Below the pieces are notes generated by a model. It worked only from the letters and a program-made list of their open reading frames with translations, was not told where the DNA came from and did not search any database. Below, piece by piece: positions 40,001-52,489 of a stretch of 64,000 nt of DNA (the first letter of the stretch is position 1; every line of letters begins with the position of its first letter). The translations under genes were made by a program, and so were the position numbers. Origin of the DNA: Dipteris shenzhenensis (Eukaryota); NCBI GenBank assembly GCA_047967505.1, contig CM106538.1; one strand, written 5' to 3'.

Positions 40001-41587
40001 TTACTCGTCTTTTAGCAAAAAGAGTTGCATTTCTAAGCTCACTCTTTGTAAGATAATCTAGCCTTCTTCCACAACCGGTACCCCTATCTCCTCTCTTATT
40101 CTCAACCTTTTTTTCTCTATACAATCTCATTCTAAAGTCAGCAAGTTTAACTATCCCCTTGCAATGGTGGCATGTAAAGTCTTTAAATGGTTGCCCATCT
40201 TATGAAATGCGTATGCAACTTATGTGATGAAAGCATCCATCCACATGAATATCAGTACATCCATTATTTAATGTCGCCTTAACATGATGCTCTATAAACC
40301 AATACTTCCCACCACATTGATCATCTAAGAAAGGCTTTACCTTGACATACTTGTTACCTACTTTGACCTCATGGCTCCAAAGGCCCCAACAGAGCAAGTC
40401 AAAATTTACAAAAGAAGATTCATTTTCTCTATTAAAACTTGAATCAACAGAGAAAGCACTCGTACTTGGGCTTCTAGTTTTTGTTGAAACCAAACAGTTA
40501 CTAAGAGATCTTTGCTTTGGATCATGCTCCTTATCCTTTCGAGGACGCCCTCGCAAGCCAGTGAGTGCTACCTTTCGATTTTCATCTTTTCTCATGAGCG
40601 ACTTGATATGAGAGTTTGACTTTGTGTGTTCATTGAGCACCGTGTAAAATCTGATCTTGGAGGACATAAACGCAACCATGCATCATCATATTTGCATCGC
40701 ACCTTCACCAAGCTTTTGTCCTTAAAATCATGTATTGTAGCTTCAACAACCTCAAAATCCCAACCTATTGAAACGATAGGAGATGAGTAAGAGACTTAAT
40801 GTAAGAAGATGGCAAATACTAATTGAGGAATAAAGGAACAAATAATACCTTCATTTGTGGACATAAAAGATTTCATCTTCTCTATCGCATCTTATATCTC
40901 TCTTTTGTCATCCTTTGTCGGTTGATGCACTACTTTGGGCATATCTTCTTTTCGTAGTCCTCGAGCAACCATATACTTGAGCTCATGCTTTTTACTTTCC
41001 AATATGTGAAATCTCATGAAGTTAGAGAAGCAATTGTATGCTGCATGCTTGCCTTCTATCAATCCTTTACCATTAAGTTCATTACACTCATGACACCAAA
41101 TTCGCACATGGGGCACCCCATTGAAGTCCTCAAAATGCAACTCAAACTTATCATCCCTTGACACTACCATTTCCTTTAGCTTTGATCTAACTCTATCAGA
41201 TTCACGTTGCCAACATTCAAGAATAGTTGGGCTTAGTAATCTACTAGAAAGCTTTGAAGACATGTGCACTTGGGCATCAACATTTATGTCATCAGCTAGT
41301 TGAGTGCAATGTCTTTTACATGGATAAGGAGTTTCCTCTATGCAACATAGACTTCTCTTGATGTGCACTAAGAGTTGATCATTGATTGTCCATCATTCCT
41401 CTTGCCGTTTGGTTATTATATATTCGTCCTCAACAAACCCAAAGGGTTCCAATAGAAGCTCATCACCTTCAATTTGTTCACGAACATGAGAGAATGTGGG
41501 ATGACCTGTGTCTCTTGTCACCCTAACAACACCTAATTCCTCCTTATTATCATAGTCAATCACTTGAATCCTGAAAAAAGATGCCAT
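37030..41587 (-). pseudogene. P-element/THAP9-like DDE transposase, spliced, with stops, frameshifts and a MITE insertion
   Basis: Ordered motifs EDETAIK, VGFYG, ASDGDSRRR, DQDFVHNGKKLVN, DDRQNWDGAQRICS, TGSDAVEIFFSKIG. They parallel P transposase DEMxI, GF, SDxG, DxxHxxKxxRN and QDxxExFFS. Introns at ~40848-40766 and ~39495-39393. N-terminal Cys/His zinc-finger-like motifs. Confidence 0.75.
37717..37962 (+). mobile_element. 246-bp MITE copy 2, inserted in the P-like transposase gene
   Basis: TIRs CTCGGGGGGTTCACT / AGTGACCCCCTCGAG. Exact 8-bp TSD CTTCTTCT (37709-37716, 37963-37970). Confidence 0.97.
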
Positions 41588-42081
41588 GATAGGAGACCGA
41601 TGTACTTCAAAATAAAATGAGAACCTTAATTATAACCCCCCTCCACCTGTGTGTGCATGACCTGCAAAATTTAGATTGCCAATTTGTGCATAACTGGTGA
41701 GTTTAAATTTAATCATTATAATAAAAATTTGTATGCATGACTCATGGGTTTGAGTTTAACCATAATAAACACAAACTCTTCCCAAATTAATACACAATTC
41801 TAATACAAAAATATAAAATTTTGAAAAAAAATAAAAATACATTCTAAGACACTTTACACTTTATTAAATTCAAATACTATAAACACATATACTAGTATTC
41901 AAAATGCAAGAAGTTACAGCACGAAGATAAAAATTTGAGAATTTAAAAAACATATAGATTATAGTGCTTTATTGAATTCAAATAGTATAGATGCATATAC
42001 TAGTATTCAAAATGCATTGTAAGAGTAACATTATAGTTTATAAACATAATTGTCCAAGAGTAGCTTTATAATAAAATCGAA

Positions 42082-43594
42082 TTAATAAAAATGAGGCATC
42101 ATCTCAACTGCAGGCCGCAAACATGCATGGGGTTGAGTGTTAAATCTTGCTAGTCGATTATTCATCTCGGCCAGTGTCATTCTATTTTGTTTTTCCACAA
42201 ACATATAGTTAGTTGCATTGAAATAAATCTGCCGCAACTTGCCACTCCATGCTAACTGTTTTGTGTAATCCTCTTTGAAGTAGTATTCCTTACACTCCTT
42301 ATAAAAATTAATAACCTCTTTAATCATGTATCCCATGGCAAACACATCTGATTCTTTACTGTAAGCATTGGTGTTCTTAGGGTCGATTATTTCTGGAGCT
42401 TGCCAAGGCCGGAGTCGATTTTGTCTTATTGCTGTACTCTTCTTGATCTTATAAGTCACATCATCCATATCTGGAGTACGCTTCACAAAATTAACAGCTT
42501 CTCTTGATTCACTGTATCGAAGCAGCAATCCCCAATCAATGATGCCAACCCATGGACTATGATTCTTGGTAAAATCTAGCATGACATTGAAAGGGTGTAG
42601 ATCACAATGTATAATGCCTTCTTGGTGTACAGCTGCTAATGCATCAACCAATGCGTGTATGATGTCTGGGGTAGCTTCCACAAATGCCTTTAATCTCATA
42701 AGTTATACATCACTTAGTATTGGATTTGGTTCTCTCCTAGTGACTCCATTGCCTTTCAAGCATAACACTTGCTTTCTGAAAGTCCCTTTCTCAAAGGGTA
42801 GCTGCATCATCATGTCTCCAATACTCCCTCCATTGAAGTATGGAAAAATGTTGATCCAAGGCGATCTTCTAGTAAATCTATGCATCTGACAATACCTGGA
42901 TGTAAGATTTGCATTCCATATTCTTTGTCAAATGACTTTAAGGTGTGAGACATGTTCCCTTTGTAGCGCTTTGCCGCATAAGTAATACTTCAAGGAAAGA
43001 AAGAGATGCCATTAAAAGTGACTTTAAAGCATACTCCAAATGAGCCAGCACCAAGATTCTCACCCTCCTCTATAGCCTCATGGGGGATACCTAACACAAT
43101 TGAACAATTACCATTCCTAAATGAATGTGCTTTGTGAGAAGCATCCCCGCGACTACCATCAATAGCTAACCATGCCTCAGAAGTTGGATCACATGAATGT
43201 TTTGATTGCTCATATCACACTCTCTTCGAAATAGTGAAATGTGAATCTATGTCTTTTGCCCTCTTGCTTCTACCCTTCTCCTCTTTCCACTCAAATCCCA
43301 AAAACCTAATTTTTCCATGTCAATATTAGGAGGCACGTCATCTCGCAAGTCTTCTGCACATTTCTTCATATTTCTTATGATGCTATTGATCATGTGATGT
43401 ACTCCACCTTCATTCATTTCACTCTTGGGCAACGTCTCTCCCATTGTGTTGGCTATGACCTCATTGTAGAAACACTCTATCCGTATTGCATTGCTAGTTA
43501 TGTTTGTTATTTGCTCCTTGCTCATCTTACTTATCCCTATACAAAGATGCCGCCTAATGACTTTGAGCCAATTTTTCCTTTGCTCTGCTTGCAT
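42082..43594 (-). pseudogene. Intronless Ser/Thr protein kinase, disrupted; cargo of the P-like element
   Basis: LGAGSFG Gly-loop (~43035-43055), YAAKRY, GIIHCDLHPFNVML, IIDWGL, WQAPE, SDVFAMG. Stops and a frameshift present. Confidence 0.8.
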
Positions 43595-45588
43595 CTTTTC
43601 ACAAAAGGATTTCTGTCAAAACATGCATGAAAAAACCAAGTATTGAGAGAGAATCTAAAATATATTCATATTTTAAATAATCAATGAACACAAAGTTAAT
43701 TACAATAAAGAACACAACAAACTCCATTCTTATGAAATTTGCATCATGCTTACATGGGCCTACCATTTGAGTGTGTGGAGAAGTGTGTGTTAGACACTAG
43801 ATAATCAACATTGGAAGAGTATTTCAAATAATATCCAATGGTTGATGACCCACAATTGATTAAAGATAAGATTCAACTTAGAATCCTTATACATAAGAAG
43901 CTTTCAAAGACCCCATGGATAGGCATTAATGAAAGACACAAATATCATTGGCTCTATCAGATGTATATTTATTGGAAAGTTTACAACCTCTACACACTAG
44001 CATTTATGCGATGGTCCCCTATATTCTACACAAAATATTTCCAAAGAGGACAACAACATCAAAAGTCGAATAAACGACCAAGTGTTGAAGCCGAAACTAT
44101 CATACAACACTGATAACCTACAACGACACTGAAAGCCAAATAAATGACCATGTGTCGAAGTTTAAACATTTGTTTTATGAAATAAGCTACGACAACACTG
44201 AAAGCCGAATAAGCGACCTAGTGTTGAAGCCTACTTATTTTATAAATTATATATCTAAGAAACAACACCAAAAGTCGAATAAACGACAAAGTGTTGAATT
44301 CTATTACTCTTCTAAGGTTGAGAGACGACACATACAGTCGAATGATACGACCAAGTGTTGAGCTAGTTTCAAAACAATGAGAAGGAGTCCTTGTAACGAC
44401 ATCAAAGGTTGAATATTACAACCAAATGTCGAAATGCAGACTTACTTACTTAACCGCACATATAATCGAGTAATACGATCCAATGCGGAAAGATAAGCAC
44501 CATGCAAATGCATGGCCCAAGTAATTGACTCAAACATTACATTACAAATCAGATGATCGACGTATTATGTCGAAAGGCTATATACGACACTACGTCGATA
44601 TCTAATAGTCATGTAATATCAAGAATAAAGAAGTTATGACATTGACATACTATATGAAAAGACGACACTACATCGAACATACGTGAAGAAGAAACCCCCC
44701 CCCAAAAAAAGCTTTGCCAATGAATGGGTTATTGAGCAGAGAAAGAAAAGCTATCATACCTTTATTTCAATTATAGTCATTCCCAAAACTGCCTTTTCGA
44801 GATGTAGTGCTTTATGAACAAACTTATTAGAGAGCTTATGTAAGGTAAAGGGGAAGGAGTAAGGTAAATGAGGAATCCTAAGCTATGGATGAGCAACCCA
44901 AGTTGCATGCTCAACCAGACAAGGAGTCAGCAGGAGTCAGGCAAGCGAAGAGAGAACAACCGAAGCCAAGCTGGGAGCATGAAGAACAGAACCTTCTAAA
45001 GGGAAGGGTGCTCACAAAAATTACATCGTGAGCAGAGTGGTCTAATATCAAGTCTCCAATAAACTGTAAAGGGATGGTAGTAACCACGTTATCCTACAGC
45101 TCTTCAATGCTACCATATTTTGATGTTATGTAGCAAGCGCAAAGCAAGGATGACCTAGAGAAAGGTTGCCATGCTAGTGTCTCGGCAACCTAGAGTTCTT
45201 CATAGCAAACTTTGTAATAACTTAGAACTTCCTATGAAAAGCCAGGCAAGTGATGTGCCTACGTGACAAGGGGACTGAGAGTAACTCGCATGAGCTCTGT
45301 AATTCATCGCAAACATTTGAATCAGATATCCCTATTACAAGCACATGCCTATTGCAACATATTGCTGTTGTTATTGCCTATGGCGATGCCAGAAAACAAG
45401 CATGAACTCACACAAAACTTCACACAGCAGAGATCCAGAGCGTGCAGGGTAGTGAAGTTGCCAAAGTGAGGAGGAATTAAGGGTGCCAGAGAGTGGCCCA
45501 TAATCGATAAAGTCCTGATGAAAGCACCAAATGTAAGATAAATTCAAATCATCTCTCCATTGTGTGCGTCTACTTACCACGCTCCATC

Positions 45589-46190
45589 TTAGAAGTTCCA
45601 AAGGTTGAATGGCTCTGCAGGAATCACTCCCTCATCGCCAGTGAACTGCAATCCCAGCGAATCAAATGCAGGAACCCTCACTCCCTTGCTAATGTCACTC
45701 CCACCCTGCAGAGTAATGTCCTCTTGCATCGTTCGTATGGAATGTAACATAACAGTCGCTTTTGTCGACCTCGATGACTTCGATGCATCTGTGTCACCCC
45801 CTGGAAGAGTTGCTTCAAGTACGCTCCTACCCTGGAAAGTGATCAAGAGAACTTCATCATTGAAACTCGATCAACAGAACCTATAGACTAGCGTGTAAAC
45901 AAATAGAGAGAAACCTGTAGAAAAATGCATGTGTGCAACCAGATAAGGATGCAACCTTCTCGCTGCGACACTTGGAGGAGGAACTAGAACCAGGGTTGCT
46001 TCGAGCTGACGCAGAATCGTAGGTGAAGAAGCCGCCGCTCGAGCTGCAAGAATCTGAATCTCTTTGGTGGAGAAAGAACAATTTGCGGGCACTTGAGGAG
46101 GCGAATTCGGAAAATTTAGATGCACATCGGGGCCTCGAAGGTAGACAAGTGCGAAATCATAAGCACGAGCTACAGCGTATCGAAGAGAGC
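45589..46190 (-). pseudogene. Captured AP2/ERF (DREB-type) gene fragment
   Basis: AVARAYDFALVYLRGPDVHLNFP (C-terminal half of the AP2 domain), then EIQILAARAA and terminal LWNF-stop. The N-terminal YRGVR..WLG half is not found. Probable intron ~45882-45955. Confidence 0.75.
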
Positions 46191-49100
46191 GAGTACCTGG
46201 ATGAATGGCTTGCCGGTCACGTTCGTGCTAAACTGTGGTAGTGCAGTCAAACGATTGCGAGAGAGGGAGACTGCAGTGAGCTCCGAGAGAGAGGAAGGGA
46301 AAGCTCCGGTAAGCTGGTTGTCTGCTAGATTGAGAGTTTCGTGACGGAGGGCGTTGCCAAGGTCTGCCGGAATGGAGCCACTGAGTGCGTTGTCGATGGG
46401 GGAGAAGGAGATGGCGAGGAAGATGGAACAAGATTAGAAGGGGATTTCAAAAGCGGCGGCCCATTAAGGGCCATTAAATTTTGGCAGCAAGATCTAGCAA
46501 GATTTGGTAAGATCAAGATAAGATTGCACCTTCATAGCTTGTAGAGAGCTTGCAACCGTGTTAATCATATACCATTTTATTCCATATTCAAGAATATTCT
46601 CACAATATTGCACAACCTAGACATCATGGTTGGATTGATTTTGCGATTGCATCATCGACAATTCTTCCTCTATGGTTGATAGTGAATGAGAGAGGACTTG
46701 TGAGAATGTTCTAAAACAAGATGGCTTCATTGTTGAATTTTACAAGGGATTTTGGCATGTCATTTAGGATGTTTTGGTTAGTATGCTTAATTTTATGTGT
46801 TACAATGGTGTTCTATTAGAAGGCACGACTAATGATTGGTGCTAGTAGACAGAGCTCTGATGCTCATCATGGAGGCACCAAGGCTCCAATATGAGGCGAC
46901 ATTGAGCCTTGCAACAATGGCTACCCCTCTAGGCCAAGAGCAGATCAAGTTTCCTATCATTGCTCTACGCTAGAGGCACACTACAAAAGAGGAGGAGGGG
47001 GAGGAGTAGGGCAGGGTGAGACAGGTCCCTAGCCAAAGAAATGAAACTTTGTGATCGATGATGGCAGATAGGTTATGAACACAAGAGTCGCATTATCATT
47101 GGTGTATAGATGATAGACGGAAGAGGATGGAGATATAGGCATTTAGCAAATGTAGATTCCACCCCATAAGATCCATAGCTTGTAATGGGTGGAATCAATG
47201 TCAAGAATTAAAAATCTTGACAAGGCAATAGCTGATTAATGGCCAAAAGTACATGTCTCGTACATGTGGACCAATGCATATTTTCCATAGTTTCCACGCA
47301 CACCAAATATTTGTGAAAATTATTTTTCCCTTTCATAGGCATATAACCATGGTGGATGCCCCTTGGCCTTCTTTGTCCCACTCTCTTCCAATCCTGCTAG
47401 CAACGCCTTGTGTCTCCCCTTACCTCATGGCAGTAATAGCCCTCTTGGTGAGCATTTGCTCTCCCCCCTACACCGACCTCTGCCCATTGCTTCAACTCGC
47501 CTAGCCATGTGATTTCCCTGCCGTCCACCAAGGTTGAGCCAAGATTCCTAGCTATGGTGAAAGGGAGGTGGTTCAATAGGTTTCCTTGTGCCCCCCTCAA
47601 CCCTGTGTACATTAGATTAGCTACTTCTTGTTAGATTATGCTAGGTTTCATTAAAACTGTACATTATGTTAATCAAAGTCTAATCAAAATAGCTTATGTC
47701 ATCTTCTGTTAGGCAAAAGTGCCAATACCTTAATGCCAATTTGTGAAATTTAATGTGAATTGGTTTTATGCATGTGAATTTTTTACTTAGAAAATGAAAA
47801 ATATAGGTGCTTGAATCACTCTCATATCATCTAGATTACAAGAGTTACAAATTCTCAACAAAATGCTCACAAAACGGTACTCATTATGTTCGAGATACAC
47901 TATGCAAAATAGTGCAAAACTACAATTAGGCCCATTAAACAAATTTCTAGAACTTTGCAATCCGGAAACAAAGATTTCTCTTCATGCCATGTTATGAATT
48001 CTAGTCATCTATATGTTCTATAAGTTGTACCATGAGATGTTCTTGGAAAGATATTAGTCACAAAAAAAAACAGCCTTAATGTCATACCACACTCTGATAC
48101 ACTCCACCTATGTCAAGAAGATGTAGACCGAAAGTAATGAAAAATAAGTTGCCAAGAAGAATGCAACTCATAATAGATTGCAACAAAGAAATTAATCGAG
48201 TAGCCACATCTTCCAGTCTTCTACATCCCTTCATCACAAAATCAACATCTAATACATGACAATAATATAAATTATATATGCACATAGCTTATTGCTTCAT
48301 CACTGCATGTTTGACTACAATATAAGTGCATGTGGGACCTATGCTCCAACGCCATGCTAACACCTATGTACAACCACATCCATGACAACTCAGGGAGATT
48401 TTAGCATTGTCCTTCTAATAACTAATCCACCACTAGATGCCGCAAACAACAAGATGCCATTTCTAGGCATTTTTAGGCATTGTGTAGCATGAGTGTACCA
48501 TATGCCGCAAACAACAAGATGCCATTTCTAGGCATTGTGTAGCGTATATAATACCTCGAGAAAAGATATGGTCTAAGAAGCTAGAAAGGGTCTTCTTTAA
48601 TCTTTGAAGATACCATATATAAGAGCCTTCTTTAGCTCTCAATGTATCAGACACAAGGGCTTATGTTCTCCTAACCTAGAAATAGTTTTATTCTTTCATT
48701 TACTTTGAATTGATCATGTTTACCATATTCTAGTTCAAACTGTCACTGGTAGTGATGCTCATGGTACTTGCTAATCTACAACTCTAGGCACAAGTGCGTG
48801 AGAAACCCTCAAGCATAATGGGATTCTCACTCAATGAAAATTTTTCCTTTTACTTTGATCCCTTGTTGCTATATGGATACTATATTTTCCCAAGTAGGAG
48901 AATCCTTTTGAATAGGGCTATCTCAAAATAAATACCTTACTTCTTTACTCTCACAGGTTTTATCCGATGGATTTAATTATAGAAGTGGCTCTCCACTATT
49001 TATTCTTTTTTAAATAATAGATCAATTGTTTGAGAGCCTGAAGAATCTTTACAAAGGCAGTGCTAAATAGACTGAGTAGAACCAAAGAAAATCAAGTATA

Positions 49101-49778
49101 AGAGGCATCAACTTCAAAAATAGTCCTCCACCATTGATTCAGTGCAATCCCTCTATGGATAGAAAGAAAAAAAAAGAGAGTGACGGGATAAAAAAATTTC
49201 AAAAAATAAATTCAACATTAATGGTGTTCATCAAGATTAGAGATCAATGTATGCAAGAAAGCATAGCATCCTCATAGCATCCTAATCTCATCCTAATGAA
49301 AAGGCCAAAAAAGAGTAATAAAGAGAGAAAATCATAGCATCATAATCTCATCCTAATGCAAAGGCCAAAAAGAGCAATACAGAGAGAAAAGGTTTTTAGA
49401 ATTCTCTAGAATTCAAGAAAGCATAGTATCCTAACCTCATCCTAATGCAAAGGCCAAAAAGAGCAATAAAGAGAAAAGGTTTCTCTAGAACTTAAGAAAA
49501 TGCAATAGGAGCGCTTACTCATTTCAAAAGGAAAATGCCAGTAATAGCATTTCAAAATGTCCCATGACATAAGCCACTCTACGCAAATATCCATGTCACA
49601 TGTTGCAAGCTTCTAGAAAATTTTCAATATAAAACACCCTTCTGTATATTAACCTTTGGGTATTAAATTACTTCCTTATGTATATATAAATATGTAAGTA
49701 ATTGAATTAATAAAAACCCATCTGTTGAACTCACGTGATAGGGTTACATATGACGAGTGACCCCCCCGAGATGTGGCA

Positions 49779-50140
49779 TCAGGCTATTACTGACATACCT
49801 CGATCGAGGTATCGTGGCAGGTCAATACCTCGATCGAGGTACATGTACCGATGTGTATGGGCATGTCAAAATACCTCGATCGAGGTATCGTGGCATGTCT
49901 ACACCTCGATCGAGGTATGATGGAGCGATATGTATGTTGCATGTGAAATACCTCGATCGAGGTAGGGAAACCCTAAATTTTCTTATAAAAGGAGAGTGAC
50001 CCCCCTCATTCTTCATACCTCGATCGAGCTCCTCCTCATCGACCGATTTCGGATTTGCAGGAGGTCGACGGAATTGCGGTAGCAACGGAGAGCGACCGAC
50101 GAACAACGACGGAGATGGACGGAGCGAGAGAGTCCAGGTA
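49779..50140 (+). promoter_or_regulatory. Continuation of the palindrome array plus putative promoter/first exon
   Basis: Several ATACCTCGATCGAGGTA copies, AAACCCTAA telo-box, TATAAAA, then CAG|GTAAG donor at ~50137 ahead of a long AT-rich tract. Confidence 0.45.
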
Positions 50141-51995
50141 AGGTTTTTTTTATGTAGCTTTTTTTTTTTGCTAAAATTTATTTAAATTTTAGTTTATAGG
50201 AATAATTATAAAATATTTCTAAATTTCAAATGCATTTTAAAGTTTTTTTTTTGAATTACGACATTTTTTATTTAAAATATGAAAATGAAAATATTTTGTT
50301 TTTTAAAATCATCTTTAAAAAAAAGAGATTAAAGTTATTTTTTAAATTAGTGCTATTTTTATTAAAATAAAAAAACATTTAAATTTTAGTTTATAGGAAT
50401 AATTATAAAATATTTCTAAATTTGAAATGCATTTTAAAGTTTTTTTAAATTATTTTTGGAATTACGTAATTTTTTATTTAAAATGTTTGTTTTTTAAAAT
50501 CATCTTTTAAAAAAAAGAGATTAAAGATATTTTTTAAATTAGTGTTATTTTTATTTAAATAAAAAAATGCTTAAATTTTATTTTTAAAAATGATCTTTAA
50601 AAAAAAAAGAAAATAAGAGTTTAAGGTAGCTTTTATGTTATGTAAGTTATTTAAGTTAGTGAAGTTTTTATTTAAATGTCAAAAAGTATATAATTTGTTT
50701 TTTAAAATCATCTATTAAAAAAATTTATAACTGAAGTTTATAAATTACTGAAGTTTTGAATTAAATATAACGTTTAAATTTTATTTTTAGAAATCATCTA
50801 TTAAGAAAAAGAAAATAAGAGTTTAAAGTAGCTTTTATATTATTTTAGTTTATAGGAATATGTAATCTAATTATAAAATATTTCAAAATTTCAAATGCAT
50901 TTTAAAGTTTTTTAAAATAATTTTTTTTTAATTACGTAATTTTTTATTTAAAATGTGAAAATGTATATATTTTGTTTTCTAAATTCATCTATTTAAAAAA
51001 GAGAGATTAAAGTAGGTTTTATGTTATTTTTCAAATTGGTGCTATTTTTATTTAAATAAAAAAACGTTTAAATTTTAGTCTTCAAAATCATCTTTTAAAA
51101 AAAAAGAAAATAAGTTTAAGGTAGCGGTGTGCGTTTATCAATCTTTATGTGGAATATTATAGATTATATAGTTGGTTAAGAGTTGTTTCATAATTTAGGT
51201 AGAGTAAGTAGGCTGTATAAAACACCACATGGGCATTATCCCTAAAACACCACACCACATGGGCAAAGACCCCAACACTAGAGTGGTTAGATGCATAAGC
51301 GTATGGCTAATTGGATCTTCTAAATGCATCAGCGCATGGAAAACACATACGTAAATGATTGTCCAAAGGTCTCCTCTCTCCCCAGGCATGGGAACCAAGT
51401 GATGATCTATAGGAATGGCCACTAGTTGAGGTGGATTGCCCAACCAAAATAGATAATATTAAAAAGGTCTAATTATTTTCTCAAAGTTCTCGCTTTAAAA
51501 GGTGTGTAGTGTCAACCCGCATGTGTAGTCCGAGAAATACTAGATGCGCCTTGCTTGTGTATCGTTCAAAGTAATGTATTAGATATCCTTCTATCTCCTC
51601 CATATCTAGTGCAAACCCAAGGTAGTAAAGCATTCAAAGAAGGTCTTATTAACCAAACCTCTCCACTATCTGTCCTTAGTATAGTGGCCATAAGTGGACA
51701 ATGTGGTCCTTACACCACATGTGGAAAAGTTTCCAAAGAGCAAGAAAGGCATTTAAAAAAATACAATTCTCCTTATTTTGGAAAATAAGTTAATCAAGTA
51801 TAATAATACTTGCCCCAACCATGTGTATCATCTTGGGGAATAAAATATAGAGATTCTCCTCAATACCATCTCTTAAACCTACAGTCTTGTCAGAATCTGT
51901 ATAGTTAACAAACATAGATCATAATGAGTCTTCTTACTAGGGTCCTCAAAGTACTGAAAATGCAAAGAAATACAAGGGTTACCAAGAGTGTTGCA

Positions 51996-52031
51996 TGTGT
52001 GTGTGTATGTGTGTGTGTGTGTGTGTGTGTG

Positions 52032-52080
<49 letters not shown>
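51996..52080. repeat. (GT)n(GA)n microsatellite
   Basis: Directly visible. Confidence 0.95.
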
Positions 52081-52081
<1 letters not shown>

Positions 52082-52489
52082 TTCCACACACAAAAAAAGT
52101 CTGTGTGTGCTTAGATTAAAAAGTCCCATCAATAATTGAGCCATACAGTTAATTCCATCAATTGGATAAAAAGTAAAAAAAGGGAAACATATAAGGAAAA
52201 AATATTTGAGAATCTAAGTTTAAAAATGCAACAACTAGAGTTTGAAAAAATTTTAATCAAAATTAAGAATTTTTAATAATATTGAGTTTGATAAACATAA
52301 TTTGGCCCATCTACCTGTAGGTGCATAGGATGATCCCAATGACATCCTACCTCATCAAGGAGTACGTACAAATAGTTTTCATTATGTAAATAGATTATAA
52401 GTCATATTGAATAGAATATTATTTTCATTACCCAAATAGAATATTAATTTCCATGTGTTTTTTTTGTGCATGCGCTAGCCACAGCGCAC

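Larger units (their letters stand above)
36065..49770 (-). mobile_element. 13.7 kb P-element-like TIR transposon with cargo genes
   Basis: Ends CTCAGGGGGGTCACT (36065) and AGTGACCCCCCCGAG (49770). Exact 8-bp TSD ATGTGGCA (36057-36064, 49771-49778). Both ends match the 246-bp MITE ends. Contains a DDE transposase. Confidence 0.9.

Noticed and set aside
45589-46516. Functional DREB/ERF gene
   Set aside because: The N-terminal half of the AP2 domain is absent and the frame is interrupted.
49994-50008. AGTGACCCCCC resembling the P-like TIR
   Set aside because: Lacks the terminal GAG, the subterminal motif and any TSD. The true end at 49770 has the exact TSD.
51195-51940. Possible coding remnant within the AT-rich region
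   Set aside because: Multiple stops and no motif I can recognise.
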